Part shown: positions 60,323 through 64,000 of the stretch, in pieces
How the letters are laid out: the number at the start of each line of letters is the position of its first letter
How positions within the stretch are numbered: the first letter of the stretch is position 1
Source: an uncultured Gammaproteobacteria bacterium
Lineage (GTDB): Bacteria; Patescibacteriota; Microgenomatia; Levybacterales; GWA1-39-11
DNA length: 64,000 nt
Assembly: GCA_964651815.1 (NCBI GenBank)
Contig: CAZYWG010000001.1
Span: 1,189 to 65,188 of the forward strand
Reading direction: 5' to 3'
The notes under the pieces: generated by a model
The model's database searches: none
The model's input: only the letters and a program-made list of their open reading frames with translations
What the model was told of the DNA's origin: nothing
Made by a program: the position numbers and the translations under genes

Positions 60323-60796
60323 ATGATAAATACAATTATTACAGACTTTTCCCGCGTTATTCTGAATCCCAAAGATAAAAATTACAAAGATACGGTGAAC
60401 GGCTTATACAAAACGCTAAAACAAAAAAATCCTCTACTCAACTTCTTTGAATATTTTGAATTTGATGATGAAGTTTTAAATTTATATTCATCCCTAAAAG
60501 ATAAATATTCTCTTAACATTTTTACAACAGGCGGAATTCAAAAAGCACCGGAAGTACAATCAAAAATCGCCGGGATTTTTGAGAATGTATTTTCTGCGGA
60601 AGATCTTGGAGTTGAAAAAGACCAAGCAAAAACATACAAATTACTTTCCGATAAACTGCAAACGCGTCCCGAAGATATTTTATATATTGACGACCAGATT
60701 AAAAATATTGAAGCAGCAAAAGAAGCCGGAATGACAACTACTCTTTTTCAAAACATTGAACAACTTACATCAGAATTAAAAAAATTTACCCCGTGA
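60323..60796 (+). CDS. HAD-superfamily hydrolase
   Basis: IITDFSRV (motif I), IFTT, K, YIDDQ.KNIEAAKEAGM. Confidence 0.8.
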   Translation: MINTIITDFSRVILNPKDKNYKDTVNGLYKTLKQKNPLLNFFEYFEFDDEVLNLYSSLKDKYSLNIFTTGGIQKAPEVQSKIAGIFENVFSAEDLGVEKDQAKTYKLLSDKLQTRPEDILYIDDQIKNIEAAKEAGMTTTLFQNIEQLTSELKKFTP

Positions 60797-61083
60797 AACA
60801 TCCGTTTTTTTGAGTGAAAAATCTTTTAATAATGTTTGATTACTATTTATATACAAGAGATATATTGACTCAAAAATTTTCACATCATATACATGTAATT
60901 GCCAATAAAACGGCGCCGACTGACAATCTAAATTTCTTCGGGATATATTCTTAGCGTAAGCCATGAATCTCTTGCAGAAAAGTCGGATCTCTATAATTTG
61001 CCCACTTATAGAGTAGCTTTCCATTTGTGAGTTTTTTTTGAAATTATATATTAGTAAGATTTAGTTTTTAGACATATAACTAT

Positions 61084-61127
61084 CCTGCCCAGCGATAGAA
61101 ATCAGCTTCTGGCAGGGCTGATTTTTT
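61084..61127 (+). promoter_or_regulatory. Candidate terminator/antiterminator pair in the tasA-like leader
   Basis: aaatcagc...gctgattt + T-run, versus cctgcc...ggcagg alternative pairing. Confidence 0.5.
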
Positions 61128-61213
61128 GATGGCGTTAAGCCATCACCCCGAGCGTTAGCGAGGGGTCTTATAAATCTTTCGGTGGACAAAAAATGATTGG
61201 AGGTGAATTATAA

Positions 61214-61804
61214 ATGAATAAGAAAATATTTTTTAGCGCGATTTCAGTTGTAGCAGCCCTAGCTCTTATGGGCGGCGCAACCTTCGCATTCTTTTCAAGC
61301 AGCGCAACTAGCACAGGAAATATATTTGCCAGCGGTACGCTTGCTCTTAAGCTTGATGATACTGATGAAACTACACCAGCTGCAACTGTTACAGCTTCTA
61401 TTGGTGCTAGTAATTTAGCTCCAGGTGGTACGGTATCCGGTTTCATTTCGATGCATAATGACGGATCAATAGCAATCCAACATGTCGATTTAAGCGGAAC
61501 AGAAACCGCTACAAGTGTTCCTGATCTTGCAACAAAATTGCAATTCACTTCGGTCAAACTGGGTGATGACAACACTTGCTCAACCGGTACATCAGATATA
61601 ACTGCATCACTTATAGCAGCGATCGGTGGAAATACATTAGATAAATTAAATTTGACTGAGTATGATCTACCTGGTCTTGCAGTAAGTGCTACCAAGTATG
61701 TGTGCATGACTTTAACATTTGACCCGCTTGCTGATAATACATTTCAAGGTAAATCAATTACCGAGAAGTTTACGTTTGTTGGCGATCAAGACGCGAGTCA
61801 ATAA
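61214..61804 (+). CDS. TasA/CalY (camelysin)-like fibre protein with SipW-class signal peptide
   Basis: GGATFA/FFSS..STGNIFASGTL signal; NLAPGG, NDGSI, DNTFQGKSI..FTF; SD GGAGGTGA. Confidence 0.85.
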   Translation: MNKKIFFSAISVVAALALMGGATFAFFSSSATSTGNIFASGTLALKLDDTDETTPAATVTASIGASNLAPGGTVSGFISMHNDGSIAIQHVDLSGTETATSVPDLATKLQFTSVKLGDDNTCSTGTSDITASLIAAIGGNTLDKLNLTEYDLPGLAVSATKYVCMTLTFDPLADNTFQGKSITEKFTFVGDQDASQ

Positions 61805-61810
61805 TTTTTT

Positions 61811-61846
61811 GTTGGTGGCAGGGTTCTGCAGAGCTCTGCTACCAAC
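61811..61846 (+). terminator. Intercistronic 16-bp hairpin after tasA-like gene
   Basis: gttggtggcagggttc tgca gagctctgctaccaac; no U tract follows. Confidence 0.6.
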
Positions 61847-61855
61847 TCAGGATAT

Positions 61856-61949
61856 GTCATCCCCAACTTGATTGGGGATCTAGACACCGTCCTCGGACTT
61901 GATCCGAGGAACCAGAATAAAATAGAATCCGGATCAAGTCCGGAATGAC
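61856..61949. repeat. Composite REP-like palindrome (GTCAT.CC..ACTTGAT..GG family)
   Basis: gtcatccccaacttgattggggat / tcctcggacttgatccgagga / tccggatcaagtccggaatgac. Confidence 0.75.
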
Positions 61950-61962
61950 AAAAAAAAATAAA

Positions 61963-62544
61963 ATGAAAATATTAAAAACATTTACAAAAGGCCTTTTTAC
62001 AATTGCAGTTTTAATTATTCTGCCAATTGTACTATTCACATTCATAACTGCTAAAACCAACTTTTTTGGGATTCAATCTTTTGTTGTCCTTTCCGGATCA
62101 ATGCAGCCAACTCTTCCCGTAGGTAGCGTAATTTATACACAACATAGGACCCTTTATCAAAAAGGCGATATCATTGCTTTCAAACGCGGTGATGTAAATG
62201 TAACCCACAGAATTATAAAAATTAATGAAGACGGAACTTTTGTGACGCAGGGAGACGCCAATAATGCTGCAGACAATAAGACTGTAGCGAGTAGCGACAT
62301 TTTGGGTCGCGAGACTTTCTTTCTTCCGTATGTAGGCCGCGCAATTGTTTTTCTAAAAACGCCAATTGGATTTTTTGGCAGTGTTGTTTTCCCTATTACT
62401 GTTTTTATCATTCTTGAACTATGGAACCTTAAGCGGGAAATAGAAAAAGAAGTTGAGCGGAAATTACAAAAGAAAATGGAAACAGCACATAACCTGTCAT
62501 TGCGAGGTCCCCAAGGGACCGAAGCAATCTCAATCGAATTATGA
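61963..62544 (+). CDS. sipW: Signal peptidase I, SipW/ER-type
   Basis: VVLSGSMQP, GDIIAF, VTHRI (Ser-His type), TQGDANN..D; likely start ATG 61963. Confidence 0.88.
   Translation: MKILKTFTKGLFTIAVLIILPIVLFTFITAKTNFFGIQSFVVLSGSMQPTLPVGSVIYTQHRTLYQKGDIIAFKRGDVNVTHRIIKINEDGTFVTQGDANNAADNKTVASSDILGRETFFLPYVGRAIVFLKTPIGFFGSVVFPITVFIILELWNLKREIEKEVERKLQKKMETAHNLSLRGPQGTEAISIEL
62496..62531. repeat. RPE-like palindrome within the sipW 3' end
   Basis: gtcattgcgaggtccccaagggaccgaagcaatctc, encoding SLRGPQGTEAIS. Confidence 0.65.
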
Positions 62545-63242
62545 ACAAACTTAAATTTATTTCTTTAGGAATTATTTGCACATTTTTAATTGCATTTTTG
62601 TCTTACAAAACAACTTTCGCGTTGTTTTCAAGCAATGCACATTCCACCAACAACGTCTTCTCAGCAGCCCAAGCCTTCCCAACAGCAACTCCATCTGCAA
62701 CCCCAACACCTTCTCCAACACCCACTCCCCAAATCGCCCAAACTTTGGTCATAAACGAAGTACTACCGGTTTCAAGCTGCGTAGATGGACAAAAAGACAC
62801 AAATTGGATAGAAGTTTATAATGGAACAGGTGGCGATGTAAATTTGAAGAATTTCAAACTTAGCGATGGATCTAATATTACCGACTTGGTTACTTCAAAC
62901 ACCACGCTACCCTCACATCAGATTGCTTTAATTGCAAAAGACGGAAGTATATTTAATAAAGGTACAGATAAAGGAAACAAATGTTGGCCCGATAACAATG
63001 CAATAACTGTTAACCTCGGTAACAATGCCCCTGTAAATTTTGCATCTGGTATATTAAGACTTCTCGCCTCTGACGGGACTACCGTTATTGACCGGGTTGA
63101 ATTTGGAACAGCTCCTTTAAATCCTGCAACTAATCAATCTATCGAAAGAAAACCGGTTGGGCACGATTCTATAACGGGAGACTTTTTTGTAGCTAGCGAC
63201 TTTATTTTACAAACTAGCCCAACACCAGGGCTTGGATTATGA
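62541..63242 (+). CDS. SipW-class signal protein with PT linker and lamin-tail domain
   Basis: TTFA/LFSS..STNNVFSA signal; (PT)n; LVINEVLP, NWIEVYN, VNLKNFKLSD, VIDRV, SIER. Confidence 0.82.
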   Translation: MNKLKFISLGIICTFLIAFLSYKTTFALFSSNAHSTNNVFSAAQAFPTATPSATPTPSPTPTPQIAQTLVINEVLPVSSCVDGQKDTNWIEVYNGTGGDVNLKNFKLSDGSNITDLVTSNTTLPSHQIALIAKDGSIFNKGTDKGNKCWPDNNAITVNLGNNAPVNFASGILRLLASDGTTVIDRVEFGTAPLNPATNQSIERKPVGHDSITGDFFVASDFILQTSPTPGLGL

Positions 63243-64000
63243 AAAGATTATTTAGAATTATATTAGCATTAGTAATAATAGGAGTAATGGTTAAATTTGT
63301 TGCGCCGGACCTTTTTAAACCATCAACCGTCCGGGCATTTGGTGACTTGGTTGTCAATTTCCATGTCCCTTTGAATAACCCCATTTTCACTGTTACCAAT
63401 ATGGCGCCCGGGGATCCGCCGCAAAACCGTAACGTTGATGTCCACAATAATGCCTCCGTTTCAAGGCTCGTATCGGTAAAGGGAGTAAGGACAGGTGGGG
63501 TTGGAGCAGACCCAAAACTCGAGACAGTTCTTGATCTGGTAATAAAAGACGGCGCAACCCCAGTCTACGGGACAGGCAGCCTTACAGGCCCTAAATCTGT
63601 CAAAAACTTTTTTGATGACAGCACTGCAACAGATGGTGTAAAACTCAACATAATTAATCCTGGAGGCGATAAAACATATAATTTTAAAGTCACTTTTCCC
63701 TCATCTGCCGGAAATGATTTTCAGGCAAAGTCGGTTATTTTTGACCTGACTTTTGGTGAAGTTACGGGAAATAATGTGGTTATAAATGAAGTTTACTATC
63801 TTGTTGACCCAAGCAAAGGTCTTGATAGTCCCAAAGACCGCGGGATACTTTCTGTCAATGGAAATAATGTAACAATTGTAATTTCCGGAAACGGCGCTTG
63901 GTCAAAAAATAAAGTTGTCGTAACCCAACTCCAAGCATGTAAACTCCTCCAGACAAATAATACAAATGTTGTGACAAACGTAACATCAAATACAAATACC
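63239..64000 (+). CDS. Chimeric exported protein: TasA-like domain, lamin-tail start, NTGGN repeat (runs off window end)
   Basis: Not in ORF track; hand-translated from ATG overlapping the previous TGA: MKRLFRIILALVIIG...NMAPGD...AGNDFQAKSVIFDLTF...VVINEVYY...IVISGNGAWSKNKVVV..QTNNTNVVTNVTSNTNT; open to window end. Confidence 0.8.
   Translation, partial: MKRLFRIILALVIIGVMVKFVAPDLFKPSTVRAFGDLVVNFHVPLNNPIFTVTNMAPGDPPQNRNVDVHNNASVSRLVSVKGVRTGGVGADPKLETVLDLVIKDGATPVYGTGSLTGPKSVKNFFDDSTATDGVKLNIINPGGDKTYNFKVTFPSSAGNDFQAKSVIFDLTFGEVTGNNVVINEVYYLVDPSKGLDSPKDRGILSVNGNNVTIVISGNGAWSKNKVVVTQLQACKLLQTNNTNVVTNVTSNTNT

Noticed and set aside
60776-61024. 82 aa minus-strand ORF
   Set aside because: No recognisable motif, atypical composition, overlaps the HAD gene end; probably non-coding or a decayed fragment
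52096-61213. Known c-di-GMP or c-di-AMP riboswitches in the fibre-gene leaders
   Set aside because: Consensus elements could not be matched by eye; reported only as unknown structured leaders
1-64000. Alternative genetic code (UGA recoding as in Gracilibacteria/Absconditabacteria)
   Set aside because: Conserved genes are full length under code 11 and TGA acts as a stop (e.g. 60796, 62544, 63242)

Overview
Low-GC bacterial chromosome segment in genetic code 11. Gene content and protein style point to Patescibacteria/CPR, most likely Microgenomates (inference): short IF2 and AlaRS, two-subunit ATP-citrate lyase, archaeal-type AMP phosphorylase, sortases and many Pro/Thr-linker membrane proteins. 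Bases 1-51.7 kb are mostly housekeeping: aclAB, fusA, rpsLG, rpoBC, mltG, alaS, an RND pair, nth, yvcK, ftsK, rnj, pnp, rpsO, infB, nusA. Oddities there include a protease-less Lon-type AAA+, a degenerate DHH protein with a Q/N-rich tail, an orphan XRE/ImmA pair and palindromic repeats. Bases 52-64 kb hold the best candidate for an undescribed system, a surface-fibre/matrix locus. Five exported proteins share a ~85-90 aa Asn/Gly/Thr-rich repeat (IxGNGxxSxN...QxNxA...NTGGNxAxxNTGGDxxIxTGDA), often joined by CxC linkers. One ends in LPETG and lies next to a sortase. A TasA/CalY-like + SipW-like + lamin-tail operon follows, and its last (truncated) gene fuses a TasA-like domain to the same repeat. 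Several of these genes have terminator-containing leaders; one has a competing hairpin and lies beside a DUF2292/YezD-like small gene. No rRNA, tRNA, CRISPR array or transposase was recognised. All family assignments come from motif recognition by eye, not database searches.
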